A DNA stretch of 64,000 nt from Octopus sinensis (taxonomy: Eukaryota). Shown here piece by piece: positions 53,215-64,000 of the stretch (positions are counted from its first letter, which is position 1; each line of letters starts with the position of its first letter). The notes below the pieces were generated by a model that was not told where the DNA came from, made no database searches, and was given only the letters and a program-made list of their open reading frames with translations. The stretch lies in NCBI RefSeq assembly GCF_006345805.1, contig NC_043001.1, forward strand, positions 114,700,001 to 114,764,000, read 5' to 3'. A program made the position numbers and the translations under genes.

Positions 53215-53325
53215 CTTCTTTTTCTTCTTCTTCTTCCTCGTCTTCTTCTTCTTCTTCTTCTTCTTCTTCTTCTCTTCTTCTTCTTCTTCTTCTTCTTCTT
53301 CTTCTTCTTCTTCTTCTTCTTCTTC
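53215..53325. repeat. (CTT)n microsatellite
   Basis: Direct inspection. Confidence 0.95.
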
Positions 53326-53583
53326 ACAACGACCTCGAACCCACATGAGTAAACAAGAGAGACAGAGACAGGCAGAAACAAGGAAAATGCCACTTGTATA
53401 TGAACACTATGCAAATTTTCTTTTAAAAAAACCTTTTCTTTTAATTTTTCCGAAATTTAATTGTTTTCGATACTTACTGTTGAAAAAGTCTCAGTGACTG
53501 AAACCGGTACTGAAATGTTTTTTATAAAAATATTTTTTATATCCAAACCTAACAGAACAAACTATAAACAATGACACCCCCCC

Positions 53584-53627
<44 letters not shown>

Positions 53628-53859
53628 ATATATATAATGATAAATCTCAGAGCGAGTTATAAACAGTAGCAGCAACACATCGTGACGTATATTTGCCATT
53701 TGCATAAGTTGAAGACGGGAACGATGGCTTCCCTTCGCAAATACTGATAGGGCACAGAAAGTGTGTCTATAGCCAGCTGGAAGAGGTATCCTCCTGGCGC
53801 TACAAACTACAGTAGCATCCACCCTTAGGGGTTAGCCATATTCAAATGGCAAATATACG

Positions 53860-53899
<40 letters not shown>

Positions 53900-53901
<2 letters not shown>

Positions 53902-54140
53902 TTAGTGAATTGAAGAAATGGAGTTGAAAGAAGATTGAACAGAAATCGTTTTATTGCATTCTACACGTGTTTCGAAAGCCACAATTTACCAAATTCCGAT
54001 TGAATAAGGAGACCATATTGTGTCTTTCTCTTCAGGAAGAAATAGGAATTCCGTTGGCAAAAACAAAAACAGAACAGAGGCGCAGCAAAACAAATCGAAC
54101 GAGGCTCTGCAACAAGATTATTCATCTTTCTATTTCACCA
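53900..54140 (-). mobile_element. Second copy of the hammerhead-bearing element family of 6698-6929, between (TA)n tracts
   Basis: End motif AATGGAGTTGAAAGAAGATT versus AATGGAGTCGAACGACGATT in the 6.7-kb copy; hammerhead in the same relative position. Confidence 0.65.
53953..54043 (-). ncRNA. Type I hammerhead ribozyme motif
   Basis: Minus strand: TTC-CTGAAGA (plus strand 54029-35), stem II GAAAGACACAAT/ATTGTGGCTTTC (11 of 12 bp), GAAAC (53969-73), loop ACGT, GTA (53962-64), GAA. Confidence 0.8.
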
Positions 54141-54141
54141 A

Positions 54142-54293
<152 letters not shown>

Positions 54294-54759
54294 TCCCTAC
54301 ACTAGCTTTGTCTTACGTATTGTCTTAATATTGATGTGTCTTAGTATTGATTATACTAACTTTGTCTCAGGTATTGAAAGGTAAAACAGCGATACGTTCA
54401 ACACCAAGGTTGTATTTCCTTCTCTCTAAATTTTGCTTCATTATGTCTTGATCTTTTAAATAATCTTCACGTAAACAAACGTATGAACGATCGCGCACAA
54501 ATACATACACATATACACACACAGACATCCACAAACAGATATTAATGTATGTTTGTTATGAGGGAATTGTAAATACGTATGCCTGTATTTCTTGTGTGAG
54601 CGTATTGTTTGATGGCTATACGGATGTGATGACAGGAAAGAGATTTTGTACAGAGCTAGAATATAAACTATATATATTGTTAAATTATAGATACATAGAT
54701 ACATAGTGTTGTACGTGAATATATTTGTGTGTGAGTGTGAGTGTGGGTGTATGACTATG

Positions 54760-54781
54760 AGGAGAAAAACAGAGAGATAAT

Positions 54782-54860
<79 letters not shown>

Positions 54861-55045
54861 CAGATTGATAGACAGATAGATAGAAACTAAGATAAGTAGG
54901 GAGGTAGATAGGTAGGTAGATAGGTAGGTAGATAGACACATAATTAGATAGATATATAGATAGATTGATAGATAGATAGATAAGATAGATAGATACATAC
55001 ATACATACATACCTACATACATACATACATACATACATACATAGA
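54760..55045. repeat. (GATA)n then (CATA)n microsatellites (a similar GATA tract at 3630-3745)
   Basis: Direct inspection. Confidence 0.95.
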
Positions 55046-55658
55046 TTGTGTGTGTGTGTATGTGTAAACTTGTTTCGTTATGTATTCAAGTATTTTCTCT
55101 TAATACGAGACCTCTGCCAATTAATATTAGCAGCAATTTTCCGGTCTAATGGACATAGTTAATGATCAAACGGAACTATTAAGACTATAATTTTAATAAA
55201 CCCAAATAAACAACTCACATACACATAAACAAACAAACAAACAAAACGGAAAAACAATCGGAGACACACACATGCACACGTATAAATGTAAGCATACGGC
55301 TAGTCCGGAGAAGAAAGGTGTCAAGCAAAGTATTGATGATTTGTGGAGACATTTCTTTGGAATTACTTATGGTATAGTGAGCATCAAATTCCTGAAGAAA
55401 TTCTTAATGCTTTGTGTATACTTATAGCTATTTCTAATTTCTTTGTATTACTGTAGCTGATTGATCGGTTAAGAGAGTTGCGTGTGCTTTTTCGTTGGGT
55501 ATAAGTCGATATGTCCTAAAGTCTTCACAACAACTTTTATCCCACTCCCAGTGTTCTCTCTCTCTCTTTGTCTCACTCCGTATATGTATATATATATGTA
55601 TGTGCGTCTATGCGCTTGTGTGTGTGTGCACTTACATTCATATATGAATGTGTGTCTG

Positions 55659-55697
<39 letters not shown>

Positions 55698-57076
55698 CAT
55701 AAATAATATATAAATATATATGTTTTTGTTTTTATGCTTTCGTTTCTCATTGTGTTCAGCGTTTTTGTGATGTCCTGTACCCATATATGCATGTATACAT
55801 ATATACATATAGATGTAGGAATGTACATATATGTATGTATATATACATATATCTATATATTATTTATAATATTATATGATCGAACGCCACGCATCCTTTT
55901 CCAAGTAAGTTTTATATATATATACACATACATATATTAAAACGTATTGATTACGTCATAAGTATATACGCATATATATATATATATATATATACTTATA
56001 TATAAATATACAAATAAATAAATATATATGTATGTATATATGTCTATTCGCAATATAAACTTGTGCGTCTTTATGTGTTTGTGTATAGGTTAGGTTTCTC
56101 TAAAATTTATTGAAGCTTTTAACAGCATTCGCCACTTTTAAGGTTGGTCAAGGTCAAGGATTTCACTCAAAATAAATAACTTCTTATTGTAGAGTTCAAT
56201 TTGTCAAAACATTGCGATCAAGTGAAAAGCCATTGTTTTCGGTTTTCAACCCATTTTGATTAATAAAATAAATTGCTGTTTGTTTTAACCTCAAGTCAAC
56301 TTTGATCGACCAAACGCATTACCACAAATAAAATCTGATATCGTCCTGTGTTTTTAGGGTACGTTTAAATTCATTTTCCAATGAATTCATTTTTGATAAG
56401 GACAAAATAATCTCAATTCAAAACGGCACGATATAATTGAAGATGAATTTAACTCCTGATATAAGTAGATTTAGATATCGCACAGGGGTTCATTTGTCGG
56501 CTCAAATATTTCGCTCCTATATGTAGCAGTCGGAGTGACTGTTTTGAAGTTCCATTTTAGTTTCGGAAAGAAAAAAAAAGTTTTATCGCTACAAGGTCAC
56601 GTTATATTGCCAGTAATAATGATTAATTTATATCTCTTGTATAACAGATATATTGATGAAATTGAATGCAGATTATGATACTTAATCTGATGAGCCATTT
56701 TTTCCTTTCAGTTAATCAAAGTTGTAACAAGTGTAACGAGAGCTAACAGTTAATATAAGGATTAGTTCCGTAAAAAAGTTCAATGGTGCTAATCTATACA
56801 TGGCCGTGCAATGGTAGAACGCCTGCTTTATTTATAGGAGATGTCGGTTCATATACTACAGCGTTCGATTTTATAAGTAGACACACACACGCGCGTACGC
56901 CCACGCATATATATATATATATATATATACAAGAATACAAACAATATGTTTGTATTCTTTTACTTATTTCATTTCACTGGACTGCGACCATTCTGGGGCA
57001 CTGTCAGGAAGAGTATAGTAGAACAAATCTCCCGAGCCATTCTGCTCAATTTTTTCATACAAAATTATTTGTTATA

Positions 57077-57239
57077 GGCGCAGGAGTGGCTGCGTGGTAA
57101 GTAGCTTGCTTACGAACCACATGGTTCTGGGTTCAGTCCAACTGCGTGGCACCTTGGGCAAATGTCTTCTACTATAGCCTCGGGCCGATCAAAGCCTTGT
57201 GAGTAGATTTGGTAGACGGAAACTGAAAGAAGCCCTTCG

Positions 57240-57270
<31 letters not shown>

Positions 57271-57495
57271 GTGTGTGTCTATGTCTTTGTATGTCTGTGT
57301 TTGTCCCCCCAACATCGCTTCACAACTGATGCTGCTGTGTTTATGGTCCTGTAATTTAGCGGTTCAGCAAGAGACCGATAGAATAAGTCTAGGCTTACAA
57401 AGAATAAATCCTGGTGTCGATTTGCTCGACTAAAACGCGGTGCTCCAGCATGGCCACAGTCAAATGACTGAAACAAGTAAAAGAGTAAAAGAGTA
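57077..57495 (+). mobile_element. SINE family A, full length
   Basis: Matches the 13013 and 42751 copies. Confidence 0.9.
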
Positions 57496-58378
57496 ATACT
57501 CGTAAAGGTATTACAGAGGTACTAACAAATAATATTACCTACCACCATATCACATAAAAGCATGCACGAACTATGTTCTGTTAGAATATAATCGATTAGA
57601 GCAGCTGGTGATTATTTTACTGATAACTGAATGATGAAACAAAGAAAAACGCGTACTTTGATTTGAACTAAGTACAAGGAGACGCAACGGAACACAGCAA
57701 AGAATTTCCTCAGCAAACTCCAACGACTCCGCCACTGTATCACCGCTAATAACACTATGCATAACTTTAATAATAATATTATACAAATAAATGCGATGTC
57801 AACTTTGTTGTTATAAGATAAATGTCATGGGAAAATGGAGTAGAGAAAATATAGAGACAAATATTGTTAGTTTGCGGAAGTAGAGCATGACAAGGTTTGG
57901 CAATGCCACAGGGTTTGCTGTAATTAAGCGATTGTGAACTCCATAAACCGGAAACTTGTACATCGGTGATTTCGTTTGATTTGACCCGTTATGTCATGTG
58001 AAGATAAGTAACATTAAGATATCAAGCAATGCTACATATTTTCAGCAGTATACAGGTTATTTAGACTGAGCATTCGTAAAGAAAATATATTTTAAAGAGG
58101 TAAATTGGATTCTATGTTTCCTCCCTCTTAAAATATCTACTTGTATATATATATATATATATATACTCACACAATCACACACACAACCACACACACACAC
58201 ACATGTATATGTATATGAGTCCTTACACACACACACATATATACCCATATGTATATGCATAACGCATAAACACATATATATGTGTATAAGTCCTTGTAAA
58301 TATGTGGGTACATAAACTTATAACAACACACCAATGCACACGCTCACACACACATTCACACACTCACACACTCACACA

Positions 58379-58434
<56 letters not shown>

Positions 58435-60090
58435 GAAATAAAACTAATGATTGCTGGTAAGCCGAGACATCGAGGACATTCTCATACTACTTCATATAAA
58501 AATTTTTACATATGCCACTTTCTTAAGATATATATATACATATATGTTTATATGTATGTATATACAATATATATCTGTGTATAAGTACATACTGAAAGTA
58601 CATACATCGCATTGTCACATATATTTACATGCTTGTTTTTCTATTTCCTCGCAATCAAAGATAAGAATATATTTTAAAACTTCATACTCGAGCTAAAAAC
58701 TTAAGAATTTTGTGATGATGACGCAGTATTTATTAAGCAAATAATCAAAACTAAATTGACGCATTAAAATATTTTGTCAGGAAAGATAAATTTGAAATGA
58801 TTGAAAGTAGTCTTTCTTGAAAGTGTTGCTACCATATTGGTATCGACAAGTATGTATAAATGCGGGTATGTATTCATATACGTGCGTCTTCATGTATATA
58901 CATATAAACAAATTTGTGTATGTGTACGTGTATAACTTTATGATTCCTGTATAATGTTATAGTATAAAAAAGCTGAATATTCAATTGAAGATTCAATGAA
59001 ATTCTTTTAAGGATAGTGCCATATTTACCAAGGTTTACATGGAAAAGTTTGAGAGTGACCCTGATATAGAGATCGCATGTATTCCATATAGATAGGGTCT
59101 GTATTCAATATAGATAGATTGTACTCTCTATAAATTTCTGCGTGGAATAGATAAATTATGTGTCCAATTACTTGTATTATATATTCAATATATTATGAGT
59201 ACTCAACAGATATAGAATGTTCTCAATACATGTGATATGAGCTCAATCGATAGAGAAAGCACACAATTTCTAAAGTATTGATAAACAGAAAGAGTATGGG
59301 GTTGCTAGATATATTATGGGCGCAACAGCTATAGTATGGCGCGTGTTGAACAGATATAGGATATGCTTAATAAAGTATCCATTATATTTCAATATTGCAA
59401 TGAAGAACACAGGACAAAATGCATTACATCAATTATATCAATCTACATTGAACGAAGGAATGTGAAGCCTTTTCATGATAAACGAAACGTAATTTTTGCT
59501 TCTCAAATGGAAAAAAATATAAATTACTTTGCCACCATTGATATCGCTCCCTTTGATCCGAAGTGATTAGATTACTGACTTGGAAATACTAGAAAAATAT
59601 ATATCAGCTACTGCATTTTAATTTCAGATTACTGTAAATTGGAAGACGGTATATTGTTAGAGATTAGGAAAAGCTAGAAAAACCAAACAAAGAAGCCAAA
59701 CAAAATACTAAATTAAAAAAAGGTGCACCTAACTATACACGATTATAAAAAGCGCAATGTCGGCATATTAATGTACATATGAAAATGTAGACACAATAAG
59801 TAGATTCACAAACGAAATAAGCAGGGAATACCGGAGAACATTGAGAAATAGCGTTACACAACAAAGCATGATTACACTAATAATCAAAATCATATGAGTA
59901 TATACTGAATGTTGAGCAACAAATATACAGATGCATTTTACAGTATACACTCACACACACAATGACACATACAAAGGCACACATAGACACGCGCGTGAGT
60001 GAGTACACACACACACACACAAACAACTAATTTAAATAAACGTTTCCATTAAATATCCGAACGTTAACATCAGCCCTCTGCGCCTAAATT

Positions 60091-60135
60091 CGCCATTTTC
60101 ATGGATATGCGCTTTTAAGTTAAATGCGCATGCGC
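60091..60135 (-). promoter_or_regulatory. Candidate promoter motifs: YY1-like CGCCATTTT and NRF1-like TGCGCATGCGC
   Basis: CGCCATTTT at 60091-99 and TGCGCATGCGC at 60125-35 in a locally CpG-richer patch; motif match only. Confidence 0.25.
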
Positions 60136-60291
60136 TACTTTCGAATATATGTATATACACATGAATATGCATGCATAAGTACATACATAAGTACAAACAC
60201 TACTCATAACAGAAAGTTGTGCATTGTTACACATCCCTAGAGATAACAAATAACATTAGCAAGAAGCGTCGCCTCTGATAGATCGGTGATA

Positions 60292-61199
60292 AGAGGTGGC
60301 ATCAAAAGATTCTCGGACTGGTTATGTTTTACTAAAGATTAACTTATTTACCTATGTTTTAGCTCCGTCTCTTTCGAAGTGGTCGCCTTGCTCAGCAATA
60401 CACCGGTCCCAGTGTTCCTGCTATTTTGGGAATACGGCCTGGAGGTCGTTTCCCTTAAGTGGGTCGAGGACCTTCTGCGATTCGCTCGATCTCGACAATG
60501 GTGTTAATACAACGACCTCTGATCTGCATTTTCATCTTGGAAAAGAGATGGAAGTCCGCATATAACAAATCTGGCGAACAGGGTCAATGCGGAAGGAACT
60601 ACCATATTGTTTCTGGTGAGAAACTCACGAGTGGAGCGATCTCGGTGAAGAGTCCAATTCTTAGCATTTCACTGATCCGTGCGCTTTCGCCGAATGTCCT
60701 TCTTCAAATCCTTTAAAACATCACAGAAGAACTCTCGATTAACGGTCTGGCCCTGGGGGATGAATTCTCGATGCATAACACCATTTCCGAGGGTGATGCT
60801 CGTGGCAGGTCTTCCAGATCGCTCATCGTCTTTCAGGGGCGTTCTTCCGCATTTTAAGCTCCGCGCCACGCGAAAAATTACTTACGATCCTTTGTCTCGC
60901 CGCCGTAAACTTGCCGAAGCATGCTCAGTACATCTGTACCTAACTTCCCAAGTTTAACACGAAAGTTGACGTTGGCTCTTTGTTCGAACTTCTTGTCCAT
61001 GACAAAATCCCAAACTACAGCATACACGTGATCACAAAAACACGAATTGAGTTTCGCGACATGCGAAGTAAACACGGCGATGTCACTCGGCACACTGTCT
61101 CGTGCCGGTCACTGATATCTTTCACTGCGCATGCTACCGTGTGCTGCAATCTGTTGGCGCGCTACAGAACTAGCCCGTTAAATTTTTGATATCGTCACG
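60292..61199 (-). mobile_element. Internally deleted, decayed mariner transposon
   Basis: Degenerate TIRs with TA flanks; MDKKFEQRANVNFRVKLGK...DDERSGRPATS, then a jump to GVMHREFIPQGQTVN...TREFLTRNNMVV...NTIVEIERESQKVLD. Confidence 0.92.
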
Positions 61200-61204
61200 T
61201 ATAT

Positions 61205-61490
61205 ACATCTCATTCCATCAAAAAAGATACTCGTCCAAGATTCAGGAACAAAAGGTAGCTAATGAATTACTGATCAATAAGACATATAAGAATTCTTCAA
61301 CATCACCATCATGCGATAGAAAATGTCGGTTGTGTCATACCAGCGCACATAATAACATCCACGCCATCAGCAGCTGTCAAATAACTTCCGTTAGTTATTA
61401 CCGTCCCACTTGCCAAGACATTTATAATGCTATCCGTGGTATAAATTTCCTGACTGCCATACCGATGTCATACGAGAAGCAATAAATTTT
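61205..61490 (+). mobile_element. RLE-type LINE zinc-knuckle fragment, related to the 40215-42694 family
   Basis: IQEQKV..ELLINK...DRKCRLCHTSAHNNIHAISSC....YYRP...IYNAIR. Confidence 0.7.
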
Positions 61491-61779
61491 AAAACACGAA
61501 ATATTCCCATACAAACAACAGTGACGTTCAGTATTCTTTTATTCTTTACATCATTTCAGCCATGCAACTGAGGCGATGCTGGAGCACCACCGTGGGATTT
61601 GTAATCCTGTGAATACTTTCCGTCAATATCATCGGTATTACTATAGTTTTAACGCATCTCCGGTTCCGTACTTATTTAAACAACTCGTCAACTTCTCCAA
61701 AAAAGAAAACAGAACATTTTCCTTGTAGAACTACCCTTGAGGTCACCAAAGCTAAGTTGCTTACCATAACATATTTACA

Positions 61780-62320
61780 ACCAGCAATTTCACGAAAGAA
61801 TACATTTTATCACAATCCGTTGAATTTGTGACATATGACTGGAGTTCAACTTTACAAAATTAAAAATTCCTGCAAAACATTAGAATCCCACTTTTCTTCC
61901 GGCTCAAATTTATAACTTGAGCCTTGCAAGGATCGCATAGAAGCAACCTATTTAATATAGCGTCAAACAATAGATCTTTCTTCATGGTAGAAATACAGGA
62001 AGATAGAAATTAGAAAATTATTTTCCGCAACAAAATACACGGAAGAGCTTCTGTTGTGAGCATTGGGCATGCTGGAAAAAGTAGCCATATTCATTGAAAT
62101 TGCACCCAACACACTAAAAACAGAAATAACAGTCAAAAGAGGTATGGCAAACGCTGGAATACCGTTTGATGTTAGGTCTCCTCTATCAGAGATCCCATTT
62201 AACTAACGAGCAGCGATATAAACCCATCGCACACACATTAGTCGGAATTACTAGAATTATATAAAAGAGAATATCTACTAAACGATGCAAAATGACAGTT
62301 AGATATATTCAGAGGGAATC
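61780..62320 (+). mobile_element. Possible very decayed L1/Tx1-type RT remnant
   Basis: Fragments resembling W(R)P.TL.N..K.L and (G)SPLS..F....I.P; many stops; weak. Confidence 0.25.
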
Positions 62321-62825
62321 ACAGGGACGATAATTTAACGACAGCGAGAAACAGGCAAACTAAAATGTGTGTAGTTCCCTTTAATTCCACTAGAATAAAC
62401 TACGTTAACACAAAGCATAACTGTGAATTATTACATACAAGTCACATCTACTCTTCACCTACACAAATATTTGCACTAATGAAGTAGCAACACTGAACAT
62501 ATCAATCATCTACTAACCAACTCTCATCCAAATTAGACACAGTGGTCTTAACATTTCAAGCACTAATTTTATAGAGCATTTCTACACTCACTGCATCTGA
62601 ATAAATTCCAGATGGTCACTGCTGAAATAACTTTCATCATGGGTCTGCTCAATTACACCTAACACCAGGTTAAACAACCACAGAAGCAGTAAAGATAATA
62701 ATAATCGCTAATGTAGACACACGGTCAGCAGTTTAGAGGAGAGGAATTAGTGGATGACGTTGAGCCCAGTACTTGATCATGCTTTATACTATCGGTCACA
62801 GAAGTATGATAAAGTAGACGTTGGC

Positions 62826-62892
<67 letters not shown>

Positions 62893-62900
62893 TAATAATA

Positions 62901-62935
<35 letters not shown>

Positions 62936-62953
62936 AACAACAACAACAACAAC

Positions 62954-62988
<35 letters not shown>

Positions 62989-63017
62989 TAATAATAATGA
63001 TAATAATAATAATAATA

Positions 63018-63553
63018 TTATGGAATAACAACAGAAAAAAGATGGTATAGGCACACACCAGAAAAGGTCACAGAAAACGAGAAAGCAACCATACTCTGGG
63101 ATATGCCGATACACACAGATAGAGAAATTAAGGCCAACAGACCAGATATAGTTGTCAGAGATCATGAAGAAAAAAAATGCTTTCTAATTGATGTATCAAT
63201 ACCGGCTGATGACAACGTGTCTCTAAAAGAAATGGAGAAACTCTCAAAATACAAAGACCTGGAAATAGAGGTAACTAGAATGTGGAATCTGAAAACAGAA
63301 ACAATTCCTATCATAGCAGGTGCATTAGGCATGATAAAAAAATATTCAGACAAATACATAACAAAAACACCAGGACTTACAAACACATATAACATACAGA
63401 AAATTGCACTACTAGGCACTGCACACATCCTACGCAGAACACTTTCCATACAATAACCATCAGAGCATCACAACAAATCACAGCATATACCCAAGGCACA
63501 CAGAGCTGTGCTCGGTAGTGAAGTGAAAGCACGCTATAAAAATAAAACTACTG
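63018..63553 (+). mobile_element. 5'-truncated RLE-type LINE, same family as 34620-36127, flanked by (AAT)n
   Basis: Open frame to 63456: YGITTEKRWYRHTPEK...ILWDMPIHTDREIKANRPDIVVRD...LIDVSIPADDN...EKLSKYKDL...ALLGTAHILRRTLSIQ. Confidence 0.95.
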
Positions 63554-63566
63554 AATAATAATAATA

Positions 63567-63637
<71 letters not shown>

Positions 63638-63651
63638 TTAATAATAATAAT

Positions 63652-64000
63652 AGAGCGGGATGGGCTACTCAACCTGAAGAAAATTCTAACTGGGCCCCAC
63701 CTGCAAGGTCATGTGCTGCTTATCTTGATATGAGATCACCATGTCGCGCACACATGGTTGTGATGCATGTGCCTGGTGTACCTTTATCAGACGGGTAGTC
63801 ATGATGGGTATATTGGGCTTCGTATATTTTACCCCAGTGTCATTTTGATGGCATGCACTGCTCTCTCACTCAATAATAATAATAATAATAATAATAATGA
63901 TAACAAAGATGGACTACAGCAAATATTCTGCTCAGTACCACAGATTTGCTTGTCAGTTGCTTGATCTTAAACAGTCCCTTAGTGGCTGACGATATGTGCA
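63652..64000 (+). mobile_element. Two 5'-truncated family D copies (63652-63871 and 63905 to window end) separated by (AAT)n
   Basis: Reverse complements of parts of 7948-8480; the first ends CTCTCTCACTC-(AAT)n. Confidence 0.88.

Noticed and set aside
56145-56160. Nuclear-receptor element GGTCAAGGTCAAGG
   Set aside because: A single short motif with no supporting context.

Overview
AT-rich, microsatellite-saturated animal DNA. The SINE/LINE families look like those of a cephalopod (Octopus-like); this is inference from repeat recognition, not a database match. I find no intact host protein-coding gene or RNA gene, and nearly all long ORFs in the track are translations of (TA)n, (CATA)n or (AAT)n repeats. 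The window is a transposon graveyard: tRNA-derived SINEs (several families), restriction-like-endonuclease (R4/Dong-type) LINEs sitting in microsatellites, a CR1/Jockey-type RT fragment, RTE and Gypsy remnants, a Penelope-like RT/GIY-YIG ORF, several Tc1/mariner relics and a MITE, a non-autonomous Helitron, and two minisatellite arrays (73 bp and 34 bp units). Two signals the ORF track misses: (1) a decayed, intronless 3R-Myb pseudogene (about 18045-18827, minus strand) split by a SINE inserted in its conserved DHDY motif; (2) hammerhead-ribozyme motifs, three with essentially intact cores (2265, 6805, 53962) and about five degenerate, mostly in short inverted-repeat-flanked elements beside (TA)n tracts, consistent with Penelope-derived retrozyme-like elements.
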